NCBI GenBank assembly: GCA_040954595.2
Contig: CM082593.2
Coordinates: 8,689,200-8,753,199, forward strand
Length of the DNA stretch: 64,000 nucleotides
Direction of reading: 5' to 3'
DNA from: Balanoglossus misakiensis
Lineage: Eukaryota > Animalia > Hemichordata
Every line of letters begins with the position of its first letter. Positions within the stretch are counted from its first letter, which is position 1. Below the pieces are notes generated by a model. That model searched no databases. It was not told the origin of the DNA and saw nothing but the letters and a program-made list of their open reading frames with translations. A program made the translations under genes and the position numbers. Positions 1 to 13,580 of the stretch are shown here, one piece after another.

Positions 1-2485
1 CAACCAGTGTAAAACCTTTGGGGTTGATAGTGATGGAGGGTGTGTTGGCAATCGTAAACAAACAACCAGTGTAAAACCTTTGGGGTTGATAGTGATGGAG
101 GGTGTGTTGGCAATCGTAAACAAACAACCAGTGTAAAGCAATGGGGGTTGATAGTGATGGAGGGTGTGTTGGCAATCGTAAACAAACAACCAGTGTAAAG
201 CCATGGGGGTTGATAGTGATGGAGGGTGTGTTGGCAATCCTAAACAAACAACCAGTGTAAAACCTTTGGGGTTGATAGTGATGGAGGGTGTGTTGGCAAT
301 CGTAAACAAACAACCAGTGTAAAACCTTTGGGGTTGATAGTGATGGAGGGTGTGTTGGCAATCGTAAACAAACAACCAGTGTAAAGCCATGGGGGTTGAT
401 AGTGATGGAGGGTGTGTTGGCAATCCTAAACAAACAACCAGTGTAAAGCAATGGGGGTTGATAGTGATGGAGGGTGTGTTGGCAATCGTAAACAAACAAC
501 CAGTGTAAAGCAATGGGGGTTGATAGTGATGGAGGGTGTGTTGGCAATCGTAAACAAACAACCAGTGTAAAGCAATGGGGGTTGATAGTGATGGAGGGTG
601 TGTTGGAAATCGTAAACAAACAACCAGTGTAAAGCAATGGGGGTTGATAGTGATGGAGGGTGTGTTGGCAATCGTCAACAAACAACCAGTGTAAAGCAAT
701 GGGGGTTGATAGTGATGGAGGGTGTGTTGGCAATCGTCAACAAACAACCAGTGTAAAGCCATGGGGGTTGATAGTGATGGAGGGTGTGTTGGCAATCGTA
801 AACAAACAACCAGTGTAAAGCCATGGGGGTTGATAGTGATGGAGGGTGTGTTGGCAATCGTAAACAAACAACCAGTGTAAAGCAATGGGGGTTGATAGTG
901 ATGGAGGGTGTGTTGGCAATCGTAAACAAACAACCAGTGTAAAGCCATGGGGGTTGATAGTGATGGAGGGTGTGTTGGCAATCGTAAACAAACAACCAGT
1001 GTAAAACCTTTGGGGTTGATAGTGATGGAGGGTGTGTTGGCAATCGTAAACAAACAACCAGTGTAAAGCCATGGGGGTTGATAGTGATGGAGGGTGTGTT
1101 GGCAATCGTAAACAAACAATCAGTGTAATGCAATGGGGGTTGATAGTGATGGAGGGTGTGTTGGCAATCGTAAACAAACAACCAGTGTAAAGCAATGGGG
1201 GTTGATAGTGATGGAGGGTGTGTTGGCAATCGTAAACAAACAACCAGTGTAAAGCAATGGGGGTTGATAGTGATGGAGGGTGTGTTGGCAATCGTAAACA
1301 AACAACCAGTGTAAAGCAATGGGGGTTGATAGTGATGGAGGGTGTGTTGGCAATCGTAAACAAACAACCAGTGTAAAGCAATGGGGGTTGATAGTGATGG
1401 AGGGTGTGTTGGCAATCGTAAACAAACAACCAGTGTAAAGCCATGGGGGTTGATAGTGATGGAGGGTGTGTTGGCAATCCTAAACAAACAACCAGTGTAA
1501 AACCTTTGGGGTTGATAGTGATGGAGGGTGTGTTGGCAATCGTAAACAAACAACCAGTGTAAAACCTTTGGGGTTGATAGTGATGGAGGGTGTGTTGGCA
1601 ATCCTAAACAAACAACCAGTGTAAAGCCATGGGGGTTGATAGTGATGGAGGGTGTGTTGGCAATCCTAAACAAACAACCAGTGTAAAGCAATGGGGGTTG
1701 ATAGTGATGGAGGGTGTGTTGGCAATCGTAAACAAACAACCAGTGTAAAGCAATGGGGGTTGATAGTGATGGAGGGTGTGTTGGCAATCGTAAACAAACA
1801 ACCAGTGTAAAGCCATGGGGGTTGATAGTGATGGGGGGTGTGTTGGCAATCGTAAACAAACAACCAGTGTAAAACCTTTGGGGTTGATAGTGATGGAGGG
1901 TGTGTTGGCAATCGTAAACAAACAACCAGTGTAAAACCTTTGGGGTTGACAGTGATGGAGGGTGTGTAGGCAATCGTAAACAAACAACCAGTGTAAAGCC
2001 ATGGGGGTTGACAGTGATGGAGGGTGTGTTGGCAATCGTAAACAAACAACCAGTGTAAAGCCATGGGGGTTGACAGTGATGGAGGGTGTGTTGGCAATCG
2101 TAAACAAACAACCAGTGTAAAGCCATGGGGGTTGATAGTGATGGAGGGTGTGTTGGCAATCGTAAACAAACAACCAGTGTAAAGCCATGGGGGTTGATAG
2201 TGATGGAGGGTGTGTTGGCAATTCTAAACAAACAACCAGTGTAAAACCTTTGGGGTTGATAGTGATGGAGGGTGTGTTGGCAATCGTAAACAAACAACCA
2301 GTGTAAAACCATGGGGGTTGATAGTGATGGAGGGTGTGTTGGCAATCGTAAACAAACAACCAGTGTAAAGCCATGGGGGTTGATAGTGATGGAGGGTGTG
2401 TTGGCAATCGTAAACAAACAACCAGTGTAAAGCAATGGGGGTTGATAGTGATGGAGGGTGTGTTGGCAATCGTAAACAAACAACC
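1..2485. repeat. 62-bp satellite array 1 (~40 copies, truncated by window start)
   Basis: Unit caaccagtgtaaagc(a/c)atgggggttgatagtgatggagggtgtgttggcaatcgtaaacaaa repeated head-to-tail with a few recurring variants (aaacctttgggg / aagcaatggggg / aagccatggggg). Confidence 0.97.
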
Positions 2486-3029
2486 TGTGTGAAACCGTGG
2501 TGTTCTAATTGATAATGATGGGGGGGGGGGGGGGGGGGGGGCGTCACCGATTACAAATTTTTGTTTCAGGTACTGTAGCTTGATTAACCTGCAGTATTAA
2601 AATGCTGCATCATAATGTATTTTATCATTAATAATTGTACTATGCTTGTGTTAATGTGTTAATTAAGTGAACAGTGTTTCACAATCGTAAACAAATAACC
2701 AGTGTGAAACCAAGGTGTTCTAATTGATAATGATGGGGGGAGGGTGTGCCTAATTGATAATGAGGGGTGCCTAATTGATAATGATAGGAGGAGGGGGTGT
2801 CTAATTGATAATGATGGGGGGAGGGGGGTGTCTGATAATGATGGGGGGTGTCTAATTGATCATGATGGGGGGAGGGGGTTGTCAGCGATTACAAATTTTT
2901 GTTTCAGGTACTGTAGCTTTATATGAAAACTTTGAACTAACCTGCAGTATTAAAATGCTGCACCATGATGTGTTTCATCATTAATAATTCTACTATGCTT
3001 GTGTTATTTAGTGAACAGTGTTTCACGAT
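2486..3029. repeat. Two copies of the long (~215-260 bp) satellite unit separating the two 62-bp arrays
   Basis: Contains caaatttttgtttcaggtactg...cctgcagtattaaaatgctgca...gtgaacagtgtttcac, also found throughout 4601-7660. Confidence 0.9.
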
Positions 3030-4600
3030 CGTAAACAAACAACCAGTGTAAAGCAATGGGGGTTGATAGTGATGGAGAGTGTGTTGGCAATCCTAAACAA
3101 ACAACCAGTGTAAAGCAATGGGGGTTGATAGTGATGGAGGGTGTGTTGGCAATCGTAAACAAACAACCAGTGTAAAGCCATGGGGGTTGATAGTGATGGA
3201 GGGTGTGTTGGCAATCGTAAACAAACAACCAGTGTAAAACCATGGGGGTTGATAGTGATGGAGGGTGTGTTGGAAATCGTAAACAAACAACCAGTGTAAA
3301 ACCATGGGGGTTGATAGTGATGGAGGGTGTGTTGGCAATCGTAAACAAACAACCAGTGTAAAGCAATGGGGGTTGATAGTGATGGAGGGTGTGTTGGCAA
3401 TCGTAAACAAACAATCAGTGTAAAACCATGGGGGTTGATAGAGATGGAGGGTGTGTTGGCAATCGTAAACAAACAACCAGTGTAAAGCAATGGGGGTTGA
3501 TAGTGATGGAGGGTGTGTTGGCAATCGTAAACAAACAACCAGTGTAAAGCCATGGGGGTTGATAGTGATGGAGGGTGTGTTGGCAATCCTAAACAAACAA
3601 CCAGTGTAAAGCAATGGGGGTTGATAGTGATGGAGGGTGTGTTGGCAATCGTAAACAAACAACCAGTGTAAAGCAATGGGGGTTGATAGTGATGGAGGGT
3701 GTGTTGGCAATCGTAAACAAACAACCAGTGTAAAGCAATGGGGGTTGATAGTGATGGAGGGTGTGTTGGAAATCGTAAACAAACAACCAGTGTAAAGCAA
3801 TGGGGGTTGATAGTGATGGAGGGTGTGTTGGCAATCGTCAACAAACAACCAGTGTAAAGCAATGGGGGTTGATAGTGATGGAGGGTGTGTTGGCAATCGT
3901 AAACAAACAACCAGTGTAAAACCATGGGGGTTGATAGTGATGGAGGGTGTGTTGGCAATCGTAAACAAACAACCAGTGTAAAGCAATGGGGGTTGATAGT
4001 GATGGAGGGTGTGTTGGCAATCGTAAACAAACAACCAGTGTAAAGCCATGGGGGTTAATAGTGATGGAGGGTGTGTTGGCAATCGTAAACAAACAACCAG
4101 TGTAAAGCCATGGGGGTTGATAGTGATGGAGGGTGTGTTGGCAATCGTAAACAAACAACCAGTGTAAAGCAATGGGGGTTGATAGTGATGGAGGGTGTGT
4201 TGGCAATCGTAAACAAACAACCAGTGTAAAGCCATGGGGGTTGATAGTGATGGAGGGTGTGTTGGCAATCGTAAACAAACAACCAGTGTAAAGCCATGGG
4301 GGTTGATAGTGATGGAGGGTGTGTTGGCAATCGTAAACAAACAACCAGTGTAAAGCCATGGGGGTTGATAGTGATGGAGGGTGTGTTGGCAATCGTAAAC
4401 AAACAACCAGTGTAAAGCAATGGGGGTTGATAGTGATGGAGGGTGTGTTGGCAATCGTTAACAAACAACCAGTGTAAAGCAATGGGGGTTGATAGTGATG
4501 GAGGGTGTGTTGGCAATCGTAAACAAACAACTAGTGTAAAGCCATTGGGGTTGATAGTGATGGAGGGTGTGTTGGCAATCGTAAACAAACAACCAGTGTG
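3030..4600. repeat. 62-bp satellite array 2 (~25 copies)
   Basis: Same unit as 1-2485; ends at the same junction (gtgtgaaaccgtggtgttctaattgataatgatggg) as array 1. Confidence 0.97.
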
Positions 4601-7600
4601 AAACCGTGGTGTTCTAATTGATAATGATGGGGGGTGGGGTGGGGGGGGGGGAGGGGGGCGTCACCGATTGCAAATTTTTGTTTCAGGTACTGTAGCTTGA
4701 TTAACCTGCAGTATTAAAATGCTGCATCATAATGTATTTTATCATTAATAATTGTACTATGCTTGTGTTAATTAAGTGAACAGTGTTTCACAATCATAAA
4801 CAAATAACCAGTGTGAAACCTAGGTGTTCTAATTGATAATGATGGGGGGGGGGGAGGGGGTGTCTAATTGATACTGATGGGGGGAGGGGGGTGTCAGTGA
4901 TTACAAATTTTTGTTTCAGGTACTGACGTAGCTTGATATGAAAACTTTGAACTAACCTGCAGTATTAAAATGCTGCACCATGATGTGTTTTATCATTAAT
5001 AATTGTACTATGCTTGTGTTAATTAAGTGAACAGTGTTTCACAATCATAAACAAATAACCAGTGTGAAACCAAGGTGTTCTAATTGATAATGATGGGGGG
5101 GGGGGGAGGGGGTGTCTAATTGATACTGATGGGGGGAGGGGGGTGTCAGTGATTACAAATTTTTGTTTCAGGTACTGACGTAGCTTGATATGAAAACTTT
5201 GAACTAACCTGCAGTATTAAAATGCTGCACCATGATGTGTTTTATCATTAATAATTCTACTATGCTTGTGTTAATTAAGTGAACAGTGTTTCACAATCGT
5301 AAACAAACAACCAGTGTATAACCAAGGTGTTCTAATTGATAATGATGGGGGGGGGGGGGGAGGGGGATGTCTAATTGATACTGATGGGGGGAGGGGGGTG
5401 TCAGTGATTACAAATTTTTGTTTCAGGTACTGACGTAGCTTGATATGAAAACTTTGAACTATTACCTGCAGTATTAAAATGCTGCACCATGATGTGTTTT
5501 ATCATTAATAATTCTACTATGCTTGTGTTAATTAAGTGAACAGTGTTTCACGATCGTAAACAAATAACCAGTGTGAAACCAAGGTGTTCTAATTGATAAT
5601 GATGGGGGGGGGGGGGGGTGTCAGCGATTGCAAATTTTTGTTTCAGGTACTGACGCAGCTTGATATGAAAACTTTGAACTAACCTGCAGTATTAAAATGC
5701 TGCACCATGATGTGTTTTATCATTAATAATTCTACTATGCTTGTGTTAATTAAGTGAACAGTGTTTCACGATCGTAAACAAACAACCAGTGTATAACCAA
5801 GGTGTTCTAATTGATCATGATGGGGGGAGGGGGTTGTCAGCGATTGCAAATTTTTGTTTCAGGTACTGACGTAGCTTGATATGAAAACTTTGAACTAACC
5901 TGCAGTATTAAAATGCTGCACCATGATGTGTTTTATCATTAATAATTCTACTATGCTTGTGTTATTTAGTGAACAGTGTTTCACAATCGTAAACAAACAA
6001 CCAGTGTATAACCAAGGTGTTCTAATTGATCATGATTGGGGGAGGAGGTTGTCAGCGATTGCAAATTTTTGTTTCAGGTACTGACGTAGCTTGATATGAA
6101 AACTTTGAACTAACCTGCAGTATTAAAATGCTGCACCATGATGTGTTTTATCATTAATAATTCTACTATGCTTGTGTTAATTAAGTGAACAGTGTTTCAC
6201 AATCGTAAACAAACAACCAGTGTATAACCAAGGTGTTCTAATTGATAATGATGGGGGGGGGGGGGGGGGAGGGGGATGTCTAATTGATACTGATGGGGGG
6301 AGGGGGGTGTCAGTGATTACAAATTTTTGTTTCAGGTACTGACGTAGCTTGATATGAAAACTTTGAACTAACCTGCAGTATTAAAATGCTGCACCATGAT
6401 GTGTTTTATCATTAATAATTCTACTATGCTTGTGTTATTTAGTGAACAGTGTTTCACAATCGTAAACAAACAACCAGTGTATAACCAAGGTGTTCTAATT
6501 GATAATGATGGGGGGGGGGGAGGGGGATGTCTAATTGATACTGATGGGGGGAGGGGGGTGTCAGTGATTACAAATTTTTGTTTCAGGTACTGACGTAGCT
6601 TGATATGAAAACTTTGAACTAACCTGCAGTATTAAAATGCTGCACCATGATGTGTTTTATCATTAATAATTCTACTATGCTTGTGTTAATTAAGTGAACA
6701 GTGTTTCACAATCGTAAACAAACAACCAGTGTATAACCAAGGTGTTCTAATTGATAATGATGGGGGGGGGGGGGAGGGGGATGTCTAATTGATACTGATG
6801 GGGGGAGGGGGGTGTCAGTGATTACAAATTTTTGTTTCAGGTACTGACGTAGCTTGATATGAAAACTTTGAACTATTACCTGCAGTATTAAATGCTGCAC
6901 CATGATGTGTTTTATCATTAATAATTCTACTATGCTTGTGTTAATTAAGTGAACAGTGTTTCACGATCGTAAACAAATAACCAGTGTGAAACCAAGGTGT
7001 TCTAATTGATAATGATGGGGGGGGGGGGGGTGTCAGCGATTCATAATGATGGGGGTGGGGGGTGTCAGTAATTACAAATTTTTGTTTCAGGTACTGTAGC
7101 TTGATATGAAAACTTTGAACTAACCTGCAGTATTAAAATGCTGCACCATGATGTGTTTTATCATTAATAATTCTACTATGCTTGTGTTAATTAAGTGAAC
7201 AGTGTTTCACGATCGTAAACAAAGAACCAGTTTACAACCAAGGTGTTCTAATTGATAATGAGGGGGGGGGGAGGGGGTGCCTAATTGATAATGATGGGGG
7301 GAGGGGGTGTCTAATTGATAATAATGGGGGTTGGGGGGGTGTCAGTGATTACAAATTTTTGTTTCAGGAACTGTAGCTTGATATGAAGTTTTTGAACTAT
7401 TACCTGCAGTATTAAAATGCTGCACCATGATGTGTTTTATCATTAATAATTCTACTATGCTTGTGTTAATTAAGTGAACAGTGTTTCACGATCGTAAACA
7501 AATAACCAGTGTGAAACCAAGGTGTTCTAATTGATAATGATGGGGGCAGGGGGGGGGGGGGTGTCAGCGATTCATAATGATGGGGGTGGGGGGTGTCAGT

Positions 7601-7660
7601 AATTACAAATTTTTGTTTCAGGTACTCACGTAGCTTGATATGAAAACTTTGAACTAACGT
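4601..7660. repeat. ~215-260-bp tandem repeat with variable poly-G tract (~13 copies)
   Basis: caaatttttgtttcagg recurs at about 4671, 4904, 5156, 5411, 5631, 5847, 6062, 6320, 6571, 6825, 7076, 7332 and 7606; length varies with one versus two ctaattgata..gatggggg sub-blocks. Confidence 0.95.
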
Positions 7661-8967
7661 TTTTTCCAGACAGTGTTTGCATTGAATCGGTTATTGTGAT
7701 AACAGTTGTGTCTCAAATTCATGATTTCATTCCAGAAAATAATATGATTAAACATTGCATTATATATAACATTTATTTTCCAGATGTGTACTTGTATGTA
7801 ATTGTGTTTTAATACCAACCAGTCAGTTTCACCAACAGCTCATTGTCTTCCCCCCTTTTCATCAGTGAAGTGAGCCATCGTTTGTAAATTGGAAAGCAAT
7901 TTACATAACATTTATAGGTTTGTTTGTTTTGGAAATTTCAGTAATTTAGTAAATGAACATTCAGAATTACTGGTGTCTAATGTCAGCTATGCGTAAAAAA
8001 ATTACTATTTGAAATTTTAATGGTATAATATTCTTAGACTTGAAAATTTACATACTGATAATAATAATTATATAATTTTTAAGAATATAATACAATCACC
8101 TCAGCTAGATTAATAAACTAGTGACTTTGTAGAATGCTGTTGGTTGATAGTTTCTGATTTTCATGGGTCATTCAATATTTTGATTTTATTCCTGTAAATG
8201 TTGGTGATGGTGGTGGCAGTTTTGATGTTAATTGTTATTACTAATTGTTATGGTGATGGCATTGATGGTTGTACTGATGTTGATGGCGGTTGTGATGATG
8301 ATGATTTGTAATTATAAATGAGAACTGTGCAGACGATGATGATGATGAAAACATAAATAAGAAAAGTGTTGTTTTTTCATAAACCCACAGCCATGGAACT
8401 TTAATATTGTCAAGTAGGCTTTGCTTGAAGGGATAATTTAGTAATTATGTCTGATGATTTTAGGGAATAACTACTGAAAAGTCTATTAATAATTTTGCAG
8501 TTTTTAGCACTGTGTATTTTTCTTAAACCCACATCTCGGCATAAATTGTGATGGTGGTTTTCTAGTGAGGAGGTAAAACTAGTGAATGGTATAGTTTAGC
8601 AATTACAGTGTACATAATATATAGACAGGTGATAATTAAGGGAATAATTTTAATTGGTAGAATTTTTAGTCCCCCATGTGTCATTGACACTGATTAGTTA
8701 ACTGAGTACCGGTCCATGTTTCTCCAGTAGAAATAGAAATAGTGTCACATTTTGTAAGTCTATTGGGTAAATAAATAAGTTTATCAGATCCTAGAGTTTT
8801 ACAATGGTAAATGTGTGTCAGCTAGCTAACTACCCACCAGATGAAACGTGCAAAGTACACGATGTATTAGTATACCATAGGTAACCTTAAACTCAACCAG
8901 TCTATGATAATAAATTAATATTTAAATTACTATTTATTATTTGTTGCAGGTGTAGGGGTTTGTAAGC

Positions 8968-9510
8968 AGCCAAGCTGAAGTCCTAAGCAGTCAGTTATAA
9001 TTGTCTATTTACACATTTTTGTTCTCATTAGTTACAGATTTCCATGATGCAAAATATCCTTCAGTCCAGACGACAAACCGGTAACCAGGTGACATGATTC
9101 CTGTGGTGTGAGTATGCAAATTAAGTTTGTGTAACCAGCCATTAAAGTACATTCAATCCCTAAACCACAACGAAAATCTGAATGTCACAAAAAGCCAAGA
9201 TCTCTGGCTTGCAGTCATGTGACATCTTTGTGTCGCTTGTGTTTTCCTGGACACTTTGCACTAGTCGCCTTGAAACCAAAAACAACTGAGCACACAAAAA
9301 GAAATAATTATGGATTGGAGCCAAGTTGAAGTTCATAGCAGTCAGTGATAATTGTCTATTTACACAATTTTTCTCATTAGTTTCAGATTTCCATGATGCA
9401 AAATATCCTCCAGTCCAGATGCCAAGTTGGTAACAAGGTAACATGATTCCTGTGGTGTGAGTATGCAAATTAAATTTGTATGATCAACCAGCCGTTGGAG
9501 TACATTACAT
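8968..9510. repeat. Diverged direct duplication (~190-bp core, offset ~351 bp)
   Basis: agccaag.tgaagt...ataattgtctatttacaca...cagatttccatgatgcaaaatatcct...acatgattcctgtggtgtgagtatgcaaatta starts at ~8968 and ~9319. Confidence 0.8.
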
Positions 9511-9519
9511 TCATGAAGA

Positions 9520-12500
9520 CAGATCATCTCTGTCCATAGATACATTTTACCATTGAGCTGTTTGACACAGAAATACTTATTGGCATATTTTTCTTTTTTG
9601 CAGAAAGGGGTATCTGGCTGTTGATCAACCTCTACCAAACTAGATGTACCGGTATATGCATGCCTGTAAAGCAGACAAGTAGTTTCCAAGGGTAACATAA
9701 GATAATTCTTGTTCTTCTAAAGATTTCTTGGACCCCACGGATGACAGCAAAGAATTTAATTGCTCATTTTGGATGGCAGTGTGTGACTTATTGTATTGTC
9801 CAGCTAGGAGATTATCCATACATTTTACTGCCATGTTTTTTGACACTAAAATTCATTGTCATATTATCCATTTTTGCAGATAATGGTTTCTCTCTGATGA
9901 TCCAACATTGATCTGTCGAATTAGATGTGTGTATATGCCTGTATTGCAGCCAAGTGGTGTCCGAGGGTAACATAAGATAATTCTTGTTCTTCTCAAGATT
10001 TCTTGGACTCCACGGATGACAGCAAAGAATTTAATTGCTCATTTTGGATGGCAGTGTATGACTTATTGTATTGTCCAGCTAGGAGATTATCCATACATTT
10101 TACTGCCATGTTTTTTGACACTAAAATTCATTGTCATATTATCCATTTTTGCAGATAATGGTTTTTCTCTGATGATCCAACATTGATCTGTCGAACTAGA
10201 TGTGTGTATATGCCTGTATTGCAGCCAAGTGGTGTCCGAGGGTAACATAAGATAATTCTTGTTCTTCTAAAGATTTCTTGGACCCCACGGATGACAGCAA
10301 AGAATTTAATTGCTCATTTTGGATGGCAGTGTATGACTTATTGTATTGTCCAGCTAGGAGATTATCCATACATTTTACTGCCATGTTTTTTGACACTAAA
10401 ATTCATAGTCATATTATCCATTTTTGCAGATAATGGTTTCTCTCTGATGATCCAACATTGATCTGTCGAACTAGATGTGTGTATATGCCTGTATTGCAGC
10501 CAAGTGGTGTCCGAGGGTAACATAAGATAATTCTTGTTCTTCTAAAGATTTCTTGGACCCCATGGATGACAGCATAGAATTTAATTGCTTATTTTGGACG
10601 GCCTTGTATAATTGTATTGTCCATAAAGATAGATCATCTCTGTCCATAGATACATTTCACTTTTGTGCTGTTTGAGACAGAAATAGTTATTGTCATATTT
10701 TCTATTTTTGCAGATATGGTTTCTCTCTGGTGATCAACAACGATCTGTCGAACTGGATGTGTGTATATGCCTGTATTGCAGCCAAGTGGTGTCTGAGGGT
10801 AACATAAGATAATTCTTGTTCTTCTAAAGATTTCTTGGACCCCATGGATGACAGCATAGAATTTAATTGCTCATTTTGGATGGCAGTGTGTGACTTATTG
10901 TATTGTCCAGCTAGGAGATTATCCATACATTTTACTGTCATGTTTTTTGACACTAAAATTCTTTGTCATATTTTCCATTTTTGCAGATAATGGTTTCTCT
11001 CTGATGATCCAACATTGATCTGTCGATCTAGATGTGTGTACATGCCTGTATTGCAGCCAATTGGTGTCCGAGGGTAACATATTAAGATAATTCTTTTTCT
11101 TCTAAAGATTTCTTGGACCCCATGGATGACAGCAAAGAATTTAATTGCTCATTTTGGATGGCAGTGTGTGACTTATTGTATTGTCCAGCTAGGAGATTAT
11201 CCATACATTTTACTGTCATGTTTTTTGACACTAAAATTCTTTGTCATATTTTCCATTTTTGCAGATAATGGTTTCTCTCTGATGATCCAACATTGATCTG
11301 TCGATCTAGATGTGTGTACATGCCTGTATTGCAGCCAATTGGTGTCCGAGGGTAACATAAGATAATTCTTGTTCTTCTCAAGATTTCTTGGACCCCACGG
11401 ATGACAGCAAAGAATTTAATTGCTCATTTTGGATGGCAGTGTATGACTTATTGTATTGTCCAGCTAGGAGATTATCCATACATTTTACTGCCATGTTTTT
11501 TGACACTAAAATTCATTGTCATATTATCCATTTTTGCAGATAATGGTTTCTCTCTGATGATCCAACATTGATCTGTCGAACTAGATGTGTGTATATGCCT
11601 GTATTGCAGCCAAGTGGTGTCCGAGGGTAACATAAGATAATTCTTGTTCTTCTCAAGATTTCTTGGACCCCACGGATGACAGCAAAGAATTTAATTGCTC
11701 ATTTTGGATGGCAGTGTATGACTTATTGTATTGTCCAGCTAGGAGATTATCCATACATTTTACTGCCATGTTTTTTGACACTAAAATTCATTGTCATATT
11801 ATCCATTTTTGCAGATAATGGTTTCTCTCTGATGATCCAACATTGATCTGTCGATCTAGATGTGTGTACATGCCTGTATTGCAGCCAATTGGTGTCCGAG
11901 GGTAACATAAGATAATTCTTGTTCTTCTCAAGATTTCTTGGACCCCACGGATGACAGCAAAGAATTTAATTGCTCATTTTGGATGGCAGTGTATGACTTA
12001 TTGTATTGTCCAGCTAGGAGATTATCCATACATTTTACTGCCATGTTTTTTGACACTAAAATTCATTGTCATATTATCCATTTTTGCAGATAATGGTTTC
12101 TCTCTGATGATCCAACATTGATCTGTCGATCTAGATGTGTGTACATGCCTGTATTGCAGCCAATTGGTGTCCGAGGGTAACATAAGATAATTCTTGTTCT
12201 TCTCAAGATTTCTTGGACCCCACGGATGACAGCAAAGAATTTAATTGCTCATTTTGGATGGCAGTGTATGACTTATTGTATTGTCCAGCTAGGAGATTAT
12301 CCATACATTTTACTGCCATGTTTTTTGACACTAAAATTCATTGTCATATTATCCATTTTTGCAGATAATGGTTTCTCTCTGATGATCCAACATTGATCTG
12401 TCGATCTAGATGTGTGTACATGCCTGTATTGCAGCCAATTGGTGTCCGAGGGTAACATAAGATAATTCTTGTTCTTCTCAAGATTTCTTGGACCCCACGG

Positions 12501-13580
12501 ATGACAGCAAAGAATTTAATTGCTCATTTTGGATGGCAGTGTATGACTTATTGTATTGTCCAGCTAGGAGATTATCCATACATTTTACTGCCATGTTTTT
12601 TGACACTAAAATTCATTGTCATATTATCCATTTTTGCAGATAATGGTTTCTCTCTGATGATCCAACATTGATCTGTCGAACTAGATGTGTGTATATGCCT
12701 GTATTGCAGCCAAGTGGTGTCCGAGGGTAACATAAGATAATTCTTGTTCTTCTAAAGATTTCTTGGACCCCATGGATGACAGCATAGAATTTAATTGCTT
12801 ATTTTGGACGGCCTTGTATAATTGTATTGTCCATAAAGATAGATCATCTCTGTCCATAGATACATTTCACTTTTGTGCTGTTTGAGACAGAAATAGTTAT
12901 TGTCATATTTTCTATTTTTGCAGATATGGTTTCTCTCTGGTGATCAACAACGATCTGTCGAACTGGATGTGTGTATATGCCTGTATTGCAGCCAAGTGGT
13001 GTCTGAGGGTAACATAAGATAATTCTTGTTCTTCTAAAGATTTCTTGGACCCCATGGATGACAGCATAGAATTTAATTGCTCATTTTGGATGGCAGTGTG
13101 TGACTTATTGTATTGTCCAGCTAGGAGATTATCCATACATTTTACTGTCATGTTTTTTGACACTAAAATTCTTTGTCATATTTTCCATTTTTGCAGATAA
13201 TGGTTTCTCTCTGATGATCCAACATTGATCTGTCGATCTAGATGTGTGTATATGCCTGTATTGCAGCCAAGTGGTGTCCAAGGGTAACATAAGATAATTC
13301 TTGTTGATCTCAAGATTTTATAGACCCCATGGATGACAGCAAATAATTGAATTGCTCATTTTGGAGGGCCTTGTATGACCTTTGATGTATTGTATTGTCC
13401 ATGAAGACAGAAGATCATCTCTGTCCATAGATACATTTCACTGTTGTGCTCTTTGACACAGAAATAGTTATTGACATACTTTTCATTTTTGCAGATAACA
13501 GTGTCCCTCTGATGAGTAATGTCTACCAACGTAGATCTGTGCATGCTTGTAATGCCGCCAAGCACTTCAAAGGTAACCTA
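9520..13580. repeat. 275-bp tandem repeat (~14-15 copies) with a 2210-bp higher-order repeat
   Basis: gacttattgtattgtccagctagg at 9785, 10060, 10335 and onward (275-bp period). A variant unit at ~10600 recurs at ~12810, and identical spurious ORFs start at 10702 and 12912. Confidence 0.95.

Noticed and set aside
426-4588. Long minus-strand ORFs (up to 602 aa) with repeated HHYQPP/LVVC motifs
   Set aside because: They are translations of the 62-bp satellite cycling through three frames; the same peptide appears in all frames.
9640-13565. Repeated MSKNM...KSLEEQELSY ORFs as a tandem gene family
   Set aside because: Short, variable stops, no recognisable domain; antisense reading of the 275-bp repeat.
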